A stretch of DNA of 32,000 bases from Wolbachia endosymbiont strain TRS of Brugia malayi (lineage in GTDB: Bacteria; Pseudomonadota; Alphaproteobacteria; Rickettsiales; Anaplasmataceae): positions 780,001-812,000 of the forward strand of contig NC_006833.1 of NCBI RefSeq assembly GCF_000008385.1, read 5' to 3'. Each line of letters begins with the position of its first letter. Positions within the stretch are counted from its first letter, which is position 1. Made by a program: the position numbers and the translations under genes. The notes beneath the pieces are model-generated. The model was not told the origin of the DNA and ran no database searches. It saw only the letters and a list, made by a program, of their open reading frames with translations. Of the stretch, positions 9,436 to 18,672 are shown piece by piece.

Positions 9436-9936
9436 CTACGCAGGCGTTTTTTCTTCCTCTGTTGAGATTTTAAATATTTCCTTAAGCTCACCTATCTTGC
9501 TCGCTGGTTTTTCATCTTTAAGCAACTCGCGTACTTTCTCAATTTGGCTTGCTTTACTGCTGTTCATCCATGCATATATAGGCGCAGCTATTAAAGCCAC
9601 CACTGAAGCAGCAACGATTAAACCAGTAACTAGTGGATGAGCAACTGCAAGTGCAGGCAATCCAGTAATAGCAGGGTTAACAAGCGTTGCAATTTTTGCT
9701 CCAGCTACACCAATAAAAGCTGTATAAGCTGGGCTCAAAAAGTAAGCGGCTGTAAGCGCTACCACTGAAAGTGTACCAAGAATAACCACAGCTGTTTTGT
9801 ATGGATGATGGCATACGTATTGCCAATTCGCGTCAGCAATTCCTTTAGTTGTACTCCAAAATCCTCTATCAGAATCCTTATATCCTTTTTCATTAGCTTT
9901 AATAAAGGAATCATTTTCTAAAATATTTACTGTCAT
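9436..9936 (-). CDS. Hypothetical membrane protein with Gly/Ala-rich TM helices and a charged C-terminal tail
   Basis: This is a 166-aa ORF with 2-3 predicted hydrophobic helices (AVVILGTLSVVALTAAYFL, LVTGLIVAASVVALIAAPIYAW). I recognise no family motif. A terminator-like hairpin follows it. Confidence 0.55.
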   Translation of the reverse strand: MTVNILENDSFIKANEKGYKDSDRGFWSTTKGIADANWQYVCHHPYKTAVVILGTLSVVALTAAYFLSPAYTAFIGVAGAKIATLVNPAITGLPALAVAHPLVTGLIVAASVVALIAAPIYAWMNSSKASQIEKVRELLKDEKPASKIGELKEIFKISTEEEKTPA

Positions 9937-10022
9937 AATTCTACTCCTTAAATAGAATGTTAAATTTTTATTTATAATGGTAATATAATAAGAAAAACCC
10001 CCCTGTCAAGTATATTAGCTTG

Positions 10023-11527
10023 TTAATATACTCTTATTCTATAATTTAGCGCTTCAGCAATATGTGCTCTTTTTACCTTCTCACTTTTCGCAAGACCTAC
10101 AATGGTTCTTGCAACTCTTAATATGCGTGTGTAGCCTCGATTGGAAATGTAGTTTTCTTTCAGCACGTATTTTAGCAATTCTAGTCCCGCTTGATTCGAT
10201 TTGGTAAATTTATTTAATGTTTCATTACTTACTTCTGAATTGCAACAAATATTTAACCCACTATAGTGCTCAGGTTGAATTTTCTTACTGCCATTACTTT
10301 TTTCTTATACTGTCACAGTACTTTCTCCCCTAGGTAAGTTTTAGGAGAAAGTATGTTAATATTAGAACTTCAATGCACGTATCTATTCTATTAAGCATGG
10401 TTTTGATATTCTGTTTTTATAATCCGTGCCGCATTTCGTGGTTCTATTGCATGATCTACTTGTGCTTTCTAAGTAACCACACATATCTGCAGGGGTCCAT
10501 TGCAGCGATTAGTTAAAAACGCGCTGTATAAGTAATGTGAGCGTTCACCCTTGAAATCTTAGCTTTTCTATCTTCAAGTGGTTGACGTAGAGAGTCGAGC
10601 ACAAGTCTCAGAAACCCCAGTAATTCGTCAAGGAACAATATTCCATTATGAGTCATGGTGATTTCTCTAGGCTTTGCATTTTTTCCTTCTCTTATCATTG
10701 CAGGTATTGAACATGAATGATGAGGTTCACGAAAGGAACTAGTTATTTTTAATATCTCATTATCAACCTGCGTTATGCTAAAAATGATGTTTACATCAAT
10801 CATCACCTGCTCAGTCAAGTCAGGCAGCAGTCCTATAAACCGTTTAGCAAGTATTGACTTTCCAGTACCGGAAGGTCTAATAAGAAGCATATTGCGCTAC
10901 CTGCTGCTGCAATTTCAGCTGCCCTTTTTACCACAACTTGGCCTTTGATATCCTTCATATCAGGAATCGATTTCTTTTCTTTTGGTTTACTAAAAATCAC
11001 TGGTTTAATTAACTGCTCACCCTTAAAATGCCTGATGATATTGGTTAATTTTTCTATAGCCAAAACTGAAACACTCTTTACCCACGAAGCCTCTACTCCA
11101 TTTCCCCTAGGGCAAATTACTCCTTTATTTTTCCCTTGCATTAATTACCGCCAGCAAAACTCTGAAACTGAGATACCCTTGCCATTAAAGGCAAGCTCAC
11201 CCATAATGATATAAGACTGAATTTCTTCAACTGGTATAATATACATTATAACAAGCAGTCTAACAGCAATAGTTAAGTTATAGTGACTGCCTTCTTTCAG
11301 CAAATCTACATAGGAAAAATTGACTGTGACTCTTTTAGGATATAGCAGTAGATTAATTAATTTAATACTGCTTTGATGTGCTCCTTAAACTCCGCAATGG
11401 TTTTATCTGGCAATCAACAATATTAAAGGCAGAAATACCATTTGCCATGGAATTTGCGCATTAACATTTACTACGTTAATCCCCTGAAGCGCGACAGTAT
11501 TTATATTTGTAATCACAACATATTCTA
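10023..11527 (-). pseudogene. comM: Mg-chelatase-like ATPase ComM/YifB, multiply frameshifted
   Basis: YifB-collinear pieces lie in different frames. They are TVALQGINVVNV (N-terminus), GELAFNGKGISV, DIKGQVVVKRAAEIAAAG, a degenerate Walker A (PSGTGKSILAKR, canonical GPPGTGK), PHHSCS, HNGILFLDEL, LRQPLEDRKAKISR and the C-terminal SNRGYTRILRVARTIVGLAKSEKVKRAHIAEALNYR. Several stops and frameshifts separate them, and track ORFs 10513..10890 and 10833..11141 are fragments of this gene. Confidence 0.8.
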
Positions 11528-11969
11528 TAAAGTTATTAATATAATCTATTAAAGGAATTATAAAGCAAAGTTCACATATTTTGAACTCACATACTTGGGC
11601 TGTCATTAGACTTTTTGCATAGTTTTTGGTAATGCATTGGATGAAACGAGAAACTGACTTGACAAGTGTCAACAACCTTATTACTATAGCACCAAAGGTA
11701 TTTTTGATCACAATTTGTTTTTGGCCTGCAGGTTCAATAACAAAATTCAGTAAAAAAACTCAGGTGTTTATTGGCGGGTTATATCAAATTATTACAGCTA
11801 CACGTCCTTTAAATTTTTCTAAACTCAGCCAAGTTGCGTTTAAACTAAGCGTCAGCAAACTATCACAGTGCCAGCTAAAATTATTATAGGGGTCAAAAAA
11901 AACTTGTCACCCGTGGGGTTTTTACCTTTTTTCCCATTTCATACAAAATACCAAAAATCATTTATACAT

Positions 11970-12601
11970 TTAAAAATTGACCAGCATTAAAAATGATAAC
12001 AAATTCCTACCTTCAAAACTGTACATGGTAATACCAACTGTGCCAATTAGATATGGAGCTATCTCATAATCAACACCGATCTTAAGTTTGTATGAGATAA
12101 CATTCTGCAGCTATTAATTGCAGCGCTCGACTAGCCAGATTCACTCTCACTTGTGTAGATTCATCTTTACCTGTAGATCCATCTCTACTTTTAGAACTAG
12201 GATCACTTGCAGATTTAGGCTTGCTTGGACTTAATACCAGATTACCAATGACAAAATTAGGCGCGAGCTGGATATGTCCATCCAAGCTTCCACTAACATA
12301 TAGTTTAATAGGATTAATATTAAGATCAGTATAAAAACAGTAATTTGCCAATAAGCTAGCTCCTATCATCCTATTTTTATCAGTGATGTTATTAATATGT
12401 AGGAGAACCTCAAGTTCAAATTTAGAGTTCTTATCATGATGATAATTAAAAAAAATACTAGGTTTTCATCATAAAGCTATTATCCCAGCTAGCACCAAAG
12501 TTTAAGCCATAGTACTGACCTTCTAAATCAGCTACCACAACATTAGCTGCACTCGCTAAAGATAAAGTGAGCAATACAACTAAAACACATAATCTCTTCA
12601 T
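11970..12601 (-). pseudogene. Wsp/surface-antigen-family outer-membrane beta-barrel gene, frameshifted
   Basis: The signal peptide and first strand (MKRLCVLVVLLTLSLASAANVVVADLEGQYYGLNFGASW) run into a stop at about 12463. The barrel continues in a second frame (track ORF 12082..12369). The last strands (KLKIGVDYEIAPYLIGTVGITMYSFEG...VNF*) are in a third frame and end in a terminal Phe, as is typical of OMPs. Confidence 0.6.
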
Positions 12602-12704
12602 TTTTATACAACTCTTCATACAAAAAAAATATATAATGCATAAGTATACATCTCTTATATTAAAAAAGATATAGTCAAGAAATTAAATAAACTATTCAGA
12701 TTTT

Positions 12705-15302
12705 TTATGTAACTATATTTACTATCTTATTTGAAACAGCATATACAGCGCGAACTTTACTTTGATCGACCCTATTAGATACAGAATTTATTGCTATTTG
12801 CTTCAATTCTTCTTGATGCAAATTAATTGCCACCTCAATTGTTGCACGCAATTTTCCATTAATTTGCACTGCCACAGTCACCACATCATCAATCAGTAGT
12901 GACTTGGCAGCTTTTGGCCAAGGTTGCAGATATAGCATACCTTCACCTCCTATTTCCCGCCATAAGCTCTCAGCCAGGTGTGGTATAAACGGTTCAACTA
13001 CTCTGATTAGTATACATATACCCTCATTGATGAGAGATTTTCCAGTTTTTACATCTATTTCAGCTATTAAATTTGTCATCTCACGAAATTTTGCCACTAC
13101 ACAGTTCAACCTGCAGTTTTCTAAGTCATCTGTAAGTCCGTGTAAGAGCTTATGTATTTTTTTTCTATATCCTAGAAACTTACCTGTAACATTTTTATCT
13201 GGTATCATTCCAGCATGTGACAACATGTCTTCTTTCTGGATCTCAGTGTCAGCTACTTGTTTGACGGGGGATTGATTTAGAATGACGACAGGCTTGAATT
13301 GCATTACCATACGCCATAATTTATTTATATAGCGAGAACAACCTTCTACGCCGTCATTAGACCATTCCATATCTTTCTCCGGAGGAGTGTCAGACAGCAC
13401 AAACAAGCGAGCAGTATCAGCACCATACTTCTCTATGATAAAATTTGGGTCAACTGTATTCTTTTTTGATTTACTCATCTTCTCAACTTTTCCGACTTGA
13501 ATCTTAGCACCTTGTGTTATCAATCTTTTTGCTTCTTCAGGAAACAGCCATTTACCATTCTTGTCTTTGTAAGTTACATGGCAGACCATTCCCTGAGTGA
13601 TTAAAGTAGAGAAAGGTTCCTTAACATTAAAATAGCCACATTTGGTCAAAGCACGACAGAAAAATCGTGAGTAAAGCAGATGCAAGATCGCATGTTCTAT
13701 CCCACCTATATAATAATCAACAGGCATAAAACGATTACATGCATTCTTATCGATGGATTTATTTTCACTACAAAATGCAGCAAAATACCATGAAGACTCA
13801 AAAAAGGTGTCGAACGTATCAGTTTCACGCTCTGCTTGCTCTTTGCATTTTGGACAATTAACAAACTTCCAAGTTGGATGTTTATCCAGCGGATTACCGC
13901 CACTTGTAAAGTCTACATCTGTTGGTAGAGTCACAGGAAGATCTTCTTCTGGCACTGGAACAGTACCACAATTTTTACAATATATAACAGGTATAGGGCA
14001 TCCCCAATAACGCTGTCTTGAAACTCCCCAATCATGCAAACGATAGTTTATTGTTTTCTTACCTATTCCTTTTTCTTCAAGCTTTTCAACTATTACTTTC
14101 CTCGCTTCACTGACCGTTAATCCGTTTAAGAACTCAGAGTTAAACATTATACTATTATTAGTATACTCTTCATTTAGACCATCTGCCATCCTAGTAGCTT
14201 GACACTGGGATCCAGTATAAGAACCCTGATCACAAGCTGGAATGATACCCAAACGGGCTGAAGAAATAACCGGAATAATCGGCAAATCATATTCCTGTGC
14301 AAATTCAAAATCACGCTGATCATGTGCAGGGCACCCGAAAATCGCGCCTTCTCTATATTCCATCAATACAAAATTCGCTACGTAAAGCGGCAATTCCTTA
14401 TCAAGAAATGGATGTTTGACGTTTAATCCAGTGTAAATTCCTACTTTTTCGTTATTTTTCCCCTGTATTTTTATGCTACTGATAAGGTCCTGTATTTCTT
14501 TGCTCATAAGATCTTGCACAATGGGATGTTCTATTGCCACTGCACAAAAAGAAGCTCCAAATAAAGTATGAGGGCAAGTTGTAAAAACCTTTAACTTCTT
14601 ATTCAGGCCAACTATTTTAAACTCTATAGTCACTCCTTCAGACTTTCCTATCCAGCGATCTTGCATCATTTTGACTTTTTCTGGCCAATTCTCTAAGCCT
14701 TGCAAGCACTCAAGTAAATCTTCGGCAAAATCAGTAATCTTTAAAAACCATTGGGATAACTCACGCTTTTCAACAATTGCACCAGATCTCCACCCTTTTC
14801 CATCGACTACCTGTTCATTTGCAAGCACTGTTTGGTCTATTGGATCCCAGTTAACCCACGACTTTTTTCGATAGACAAGTCCCTGTTTTAAAAAATCCAG
14901 GAAAAACTTTTGTTCATGCTTGTAATAGTCAGCCTCACATGTAGAAAGTTCACGTTCCCAATTATAAGAAAGACCTATAGATTTCAATTGTGCACGCATA
15001 TTATCTATATTCTCTTTTGTCCATGCTGCAGGGTTAACATTGTTATCTCTTGCTGCATTTTCAGCTGGTAATCCAAATGCGTCCCAACCAATTGGGTGCA
15101 AAACTTCAAATCCACAAGCTCTCTTGTAACGTGCTATCACATCTCCTATTACATAGTTGCGCAGGTGTCCCATATGAATTTTACCAGATGGATATGGGAA
15201 CATTTCCAATACGTAACATTTCCCTTGTTCATTATTTTTGCCAATAGAAAAATCCCACCTATCTTGATAAAATTTTTCTACGTTTTTAAAGTCATATTTC
15301 AT
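12705..15302 (-). CDS. leuS: Leucyl-tRNA synthetase
   Basis: The class I motifs HMGHLRNY (HIGH) and KMSKSKKN (KMSKS) are present, along with [14 protein letters not shown]. The 865-aa protein contains two insertions of about 20 aa that coincide with the repeat elements listed below. Confidence 0.97.
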   Translation of the reverse strand: MKYDFKNVEKFYQDRWDFSIGKNNEQGKCYVLEMFPYPSGKIHMGHLRNYVIGDVIARYKRACGFEVLHPIGWDAFGLPAENAARDNNVNPAAWTKENIDNMRAQLKSIGLSYNWERELSTCEADYYKHEQKFFLDFLKQGLVYRKKSWVNWDPIDQTVLANEQVVDGKGWRSGAIVEKRELSQWFLKITDFAEDLLECLQGLENWPEKVKMMQDRWIGKSEGVTIEFKIVGLNKKLKVFTTCPHTLFGASFCAVAIEHPIVQDLMSKEIQDLISSIKIQGKNNEKVGIYTGLNVKHPFLDKELPLYVANFVLMEYREGAIFGCPAHDQRDFEFAQEYDLPIIPVISSARLGIIPACDQGSYTGSQCQATRMADGLNEEYTNNSIMFNSEFLNGLTVSEARKVIVEKLEEKGIGKKTINYRLHDWGVSRQRYWGCPIPVIYCKNCGTVPVPEEDLPVTLPTDVDFTSGGNPLDKHPTWKFVNCPKCKEQAERETDTFDTFFESSWYFAAFCSENKSIDKNACNRFMPVDYYIGGIEHAILHLLYSRFFCRALTKCGYFNVKEPFSTLITQGMVCHVTYKDKNGKWLFPEEAKRLITQGAKIQVGKVEKMSKSKKNTVDPNFIIEKYGADTARLFVLSDTPPEKDMEWSNDGVEGCSRYINKLWRMVMQFKPVVILNQSPVKQVADTEIQKEDMLSHAGMIPDKNVTGKFLGYRKKIHKLLHGLTDDLENCRLNCVVAKFREMTNLIAEIDVKTGKSLINEGICILIRVVEPFIPHLAESLWREIGGEGMLYLQPWPKAAKSLLIDDVVTVAVQINGKLRATIEVAINLHQEELKQIAINSVSNRVDQSKVRAVYAVSNKIVNIVT
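13201..13260 (-). repeat. Palindromic protein-coding repeat, copy leuS-B (sense relative to leuS)
   Basis: The plus strand reads GGTATCATTCCAGCATGTGACA...CTGGATCTCAGTGTCAGCTACT. On the gene strand this is GACACTGAGATCCAG-N21-GCTGGAATGATA, encoding [19 protein letters not shown] in LeuRS. By hand alignment it is collinear with the birA copy at 29171-29219, with about 70% identity over 49 nt and no gaps. Confidence 0.75.
14195..14254 (+). repeat. Palindromic protein-coding repeat, copy leuS-A (antisense relative to leuS)
   Basis: The plus strand carries GACACTGGGATCCAG (14201-14215) and GCTGGAATGATA (14236-14247). Its reverse complement aligns with 13201-13260: the first 14 nt are identical, and the CTGGATCyCAGTGTCA and GCTACT blocks are shared. 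In LeuRS it encodes [20 protein letters not shown]. Confidence 0.7.
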
Positions 15303-15314
15303 ACAAACCCAAAC

Positions 15315-15932
15315 CTAATCACAGCTCATATGCATCAAAGGATCGACTGCCTGGCCATTATGTCGTATTGTGAAGCACATCTGCGGGTCTTTATCTTGTG
15401 TACTTGACTTACCTGCAGACCCAATCACTTGACCTTGCTTTACTTTATCACCAATTTCAACGTGTATGTTCTTTAAATAGGAGTATACAGTCATGTAATT
15501 ATCTTTGTGTTCCACTATAATCAAATTCCCATACCACCTCAGCCCTTTCCCTACATATATCACTTTGCCAGAAGCAGAAGCAACCACATTTGTTCCACCT
15601 TGAGCAGCGATTTTCACTCCATCTTTACACACCTCATCAGAAGGGGTAGCTGAAATAACAGTACCTTTTATTGGCATTACAAATTTACAACCTACCTTAT
15701 TAACCGTTATATCCTGCACATTGTTATTATATACCTCACCTATGGCGACTTTTCTACTTCCTTTTTGTACCGAAGGATTAATATCCTCTCTAGTTAAATG
15801 ATATTCTCTTATACATTCTAGGTCTCTCTTCCCATAAAATTCCTCGCCTTTAAGTAATACAAGTGCAGGTTTTTGTAGGCCACAACTTACTAATATTGCT
15901 GATAACACAAAGAACGAGGCTATATGCCACAT
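15315..15932 (-). CDS. M23/LytM-domain lipoprotein (NlpD/EnvC-like) with degenerate catalytic residues
   Basis: It has a lipobox (ILVSC) and a LytM fold (GTNVVASASGKVIYVG, YGNLIIVEHKDNYMTVYSYL, VKQGQVIGSAG). The HxxxD motif is replaced by KDGVK, and the HxH of HLHFE is replaced by QMCFT. Confidence 0.8.
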   Translation of the reverse strand: MWHIASFFVLSAILVSCGLQKPALVLLKGEEFYGKRDLECIREYHLTREDINPSVQKGSRKVAIGEVYNNNVQDITVNKVGCKFVMPIKGTVISATPSDEVCKDGVKIAAQGGTNVVASASGKVIYVGKGLRWYGNLIIVEHKDNYMTVYSYLKNIHVEIGDKVKQGQVIGSAGKSSTQDKDPQMCFTIRHNGQAVDPLMHMSCD

Positions 15933-16339
15933 AAACTTATTTAGACAGCTCAGACTATATTAAATAGCATACTTTTTAAGGTAATAAGATTTTTTTTGTT
16001 CACTGATTCTGGGCCACATCTTCATGAATTGGGCCACAAAATAAGCTCACCGCTTTTTGCAGATAAAACATAAACAATCATGCCTGCTTTTGAACTCGCT
16101 GCTTGAGTTTTCCCACCTGCTCTAATTCACTATTCAACAAAACTACCCTGCTGGGTATCGCTAATTGCTAAATGATCTATTACACTTACACAAACAAAAA
16201 AATTGTCAATATCTTTGGAGAGTGTATAAAGAGTTTTTCACAATCTTCTAATCAACAAGCTTTAGCTAAGATTCTATTGAGTCCATAAACCAGGGTTAAA
16301 TATTCAATTTCCAGCTATATAAAGGGATTACACATTAAA

Positions 16340-17640
16340 GAAAGGTTAGTAGAAAAAGATTACGGGGTTCCAAAGAATACGCTGCTTCCAAAGGATCAAA
16401 ATCATCTCTTCACAGCACTGTTTACCAATTAAAGCTATTGATGCTCTTCTTAAAGTGTAAGATAGACAAGGGATATTCTTTTCACTTAGCTAAAGAAATG
16501 GATACAGCGAAAAGTTTAACGATGTGATTTTTCAACATATCAAAGGTAATAAAAAAGTACACCTCTTTATACAAGCGAAACACAAACGAGAGAGAGTAAC
16601 AGGAAAATTGAAGTAGGGAATTTGCTTATAGAAGATAAAAATGGTGAATTCCGATTAGAAAAGTATTTCGTTCTTCATCTACAAATTAAAAACGATCAAG
16701 ATTTCACAGATGGTGACCTGGAAGATTTTATTATCTGTACTAATATTAGTTCTGATCTAGATCAGAATACAGTACAAGATATAATCAAAGAAAATGAAAG
16801 TGAAAACTTCAGGACCAAGTAAAGGAAGAGAAATTTCTGTTGAAGTAATAAACACTAGCGATGTCTTTTTTAAGGATAACAGTACAAGATATAAGGTTTT
16901 TTATGTTAATAAAAATATGATTTTAGTAATGAAACAGATATTAAAAAATGCTGTGGAAGGAACGATAGAAGAATTAGAAAAGGGAATAAAAAGACTTCAA
17001 AATAGATCGACCAAGCCCAAGAAAGAAATCGAAAAAAATCAAAGGTGGTAAAGTGAATTTAAGCAACTAATAAAAAAAAGGACAAGTTAGAAGATAATAT
17101 AAAAGAAACTTTTACTAAATTAGTATTTGCAGTAAATCAACCTAATGAAATAGAACTAACAGAGATCATTTAAAATGAGCTAGGTGAGGAGTTTAATAAC
17201 ATTGATAAGCAGAATGTTTACGTTCATTTCAAGGAAGAAATGCTAAATTAGATAAAAGAAAAATAGGGATGTTTTTTAACACGCGAAAGCAGAGAAGAGT
17301 TTTTTAAAAAAGTAAAACAAGAAATTTTGAATCCTGATATTTTACTTGCTATATATGAAATGGCTGTAGTACTCAATTTCCAGGGAAAATATAAAGATGC
17401 ATCAAAATACTTTGAAGAGGTGCTGATATACAAAGAAAAGAACTCGGAAGACAATTCTATTTCTTGTCGCGTTCTCAACCCAATACATAGGATGGCATAG
17501 CATTAAGTTACCAAGAAAAGTATGTGAGGAACGTTAGAAAAGTTCAAGAGGTGCTAGAGGAAAGAGAAAGAATCTTGGGCGATGATCATTGTGACACTGT
17601 AGAAACAAAGCGCATAATAGTTGAGATCACAGCTAAACTG
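16340..17640 (+). pseudogene. Heavily decayed defence-like gene with an N-terminal Cap4/DUF4297-like nuclease region and C-terminal TPR repeats
   Basis: The pieces are scattered over all three frames. They include STVYQLKLLMLFL..GYSFHLAKEMDTA, KFNDVIFQHIKGNKKVHLFIQAKHK (an acidic-DV...QxK pattern, PD-(D/E)xK-like) and LLIEDKNGEFRLEKYFVLHLQIKN..LEDFIICTN. They also include LVFAVNQPNEIELTEII.NELGEEF, plus kinesin-light-chain-type TPR units (AIYEMAVVLNFQGKYKDASKYFEEVL, EVLEERERILGDDHCDTVETK). There are at least 10 stops or frameshifts, and no P-loop survives. Confidence 0.5.
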
Positions 17641-18109
17641 CTGTGTAATTCATAGATATTATTCCAACGACAAAATATGTAAAATACACACATGAATAAA
17701 TCAGAAAAAGCCCATTTAGGCTGGTTAAGTACAAAGGGACACATGACTTCACACAACTATAATGTAGATTGTGTTCAAAAAATGTTGAAGCAAGTATCCA
17801 GGTACTATCTCTTATGTTAAACAATTATTTCACTAAATTATGATTGAATAGTTGATTCTTTTTAAGAAGACCAAGAAAATGTGCTTTAAATTCCTCATCA
17901 ATGCTAAAATTATAACTTTCAAGCACTTTCCCTTATTAGCGAGAAGTTGACAAAATTTTAAAAAGTGAAGATTATGGCTTTTGCCCACTGTAGCTGGCAT
18001 GCAAAGAGCTTTTTGAACACGCTCAGATCCTATTGTGAAATAATCAGCCTTTTTTGTGCCTGTAATATACTCTAGCGAGCCTTATGATATACTAAACCAA
18101 TATAATCAG

Positions 18110-18183
18110 TGGGATTGGTAGGTCTCGAACCTACGACCAATTCGTTATGAGCGAACTGCTCTAACCAACTGAGCTACAATCCC
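18110..18183 (-). tRNA. tRNA with CAT anticodon (Met, or Ile2 if lysidine-modified)
   Basis: The minus strand reads GGGATTGTAGCTCAGTTGGTTAGAGCAGTTCGCTCATAACGAATTGGTCGTAGGTTCGAGACCTACCAATCCCA. The cloverleaf has a 7-bp acceptor stem, anticodon loop CTCATAA and T-loop GGTTCGAGA. It is not an initiator type (no C1:A72 mismatch and no GGG/CCC anticodon stem). No CCA is encoded. Confidence 0.85.
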
Positions 18184-18225
18184 CTTCGTTAACACTTATA
18201 ATACATACAAAAACAAATTTGTCTA

Positions 18226-18549
18226 TTAGCTTATTTCATCATCAACCCAACTTGACAGATCATTTATGGTACCAATTTTGCGTGCAATTTCTTTACCGTC
18301 TTGAAATATGATTAATGTGGGTATAGATTGAATCCCATATTTACTTAACACTTCAGCTCCTCCATCTATATTGAACTTGCAGATTTTGATCTTACCTTTT
18401 TTATCTTTAGCCAATTGCTCAACACGCGGCATTAAATTTTTACATGGCCTACACCACTCTGCCCAAAAGTCTACCAGCACAAATCCTTTGTAATCAGCGA
18501 CCTCAGACTTAAAATTTTGATCACTTACTGATGTAATATCATCACTCAT
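18226..18549 (-). CDS. trxA: Thioredoxin with a non-canonical CRPC active site
   Basis: It has the thioredoxin fold: VLVDFWAEWCRPCK, IPTLIIFQDGK. The active-site codons read TGT AGG CCA TGT, giving CRPC instead of CGPC. Confidence 0.9.
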   Translation of the reverse strand: MSDDITSVSDQNFKSEVADYKGFVLVDFWAEWCRPCKNLMPRVEQLAKDKKGKIKICKFNIDGGAEVLSKYGIQSIPTLIIFQDGKEIARKIGTINDLSSWVDDEIS

Positions 18550-18672
18550 AAAATACCCGATCTAATTTGTAAAATATAGCACATAAATCAGTAATTAATC
18601 AACTAAATTCTTACCAAAGAGCTTAAAAAACTGCCCAAGTGCTTTGATAAGTAAAAAACTCTTCACAAATCA

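Noticed and set aside
10009-10032. A perfect 9-bp AT-only hairpin (AGTATATTA / TAATATACT) spanning the comM stop codon, considered as a terminator.
   Set aside because: The stem is all A/T and the T-run is displaced by about 10 nt, so it is weak as an intrinsic terminator. It also follows a dead gene.
11403-11889. Track ORFs 11403..11711 (-) and 11626..11889 (+) considered as possible genes.
   Set aside because: The 3' part of 11403..11711 is the frameshifted N-terminus of the comM pseudogene, and the rest has no motif. The plus-strand ORF overlaps it and looks like random AT-rich read-through.
16040-16200. A possible IS630-like transposase remnant; the minus strand reads ..KAGMIVYVLSAKSGELILW...
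   Set aside because: It shows only a vague resemblance to the (I/V)V(F/Y)(I/V)DESG block. There is no DDE triad, no terminal inverted repeats and no target-site duplication that I could see.
17650-18100. An integrase or recombinase remnant expected next to tRNA-Met.
   Set aside because: The minus-strand conceptual peptide has no R..H..R..Y tyrosine-recombinase or serine-recombinase motif. I could assign no family, so it is reported only as unassigned decayed sequence.
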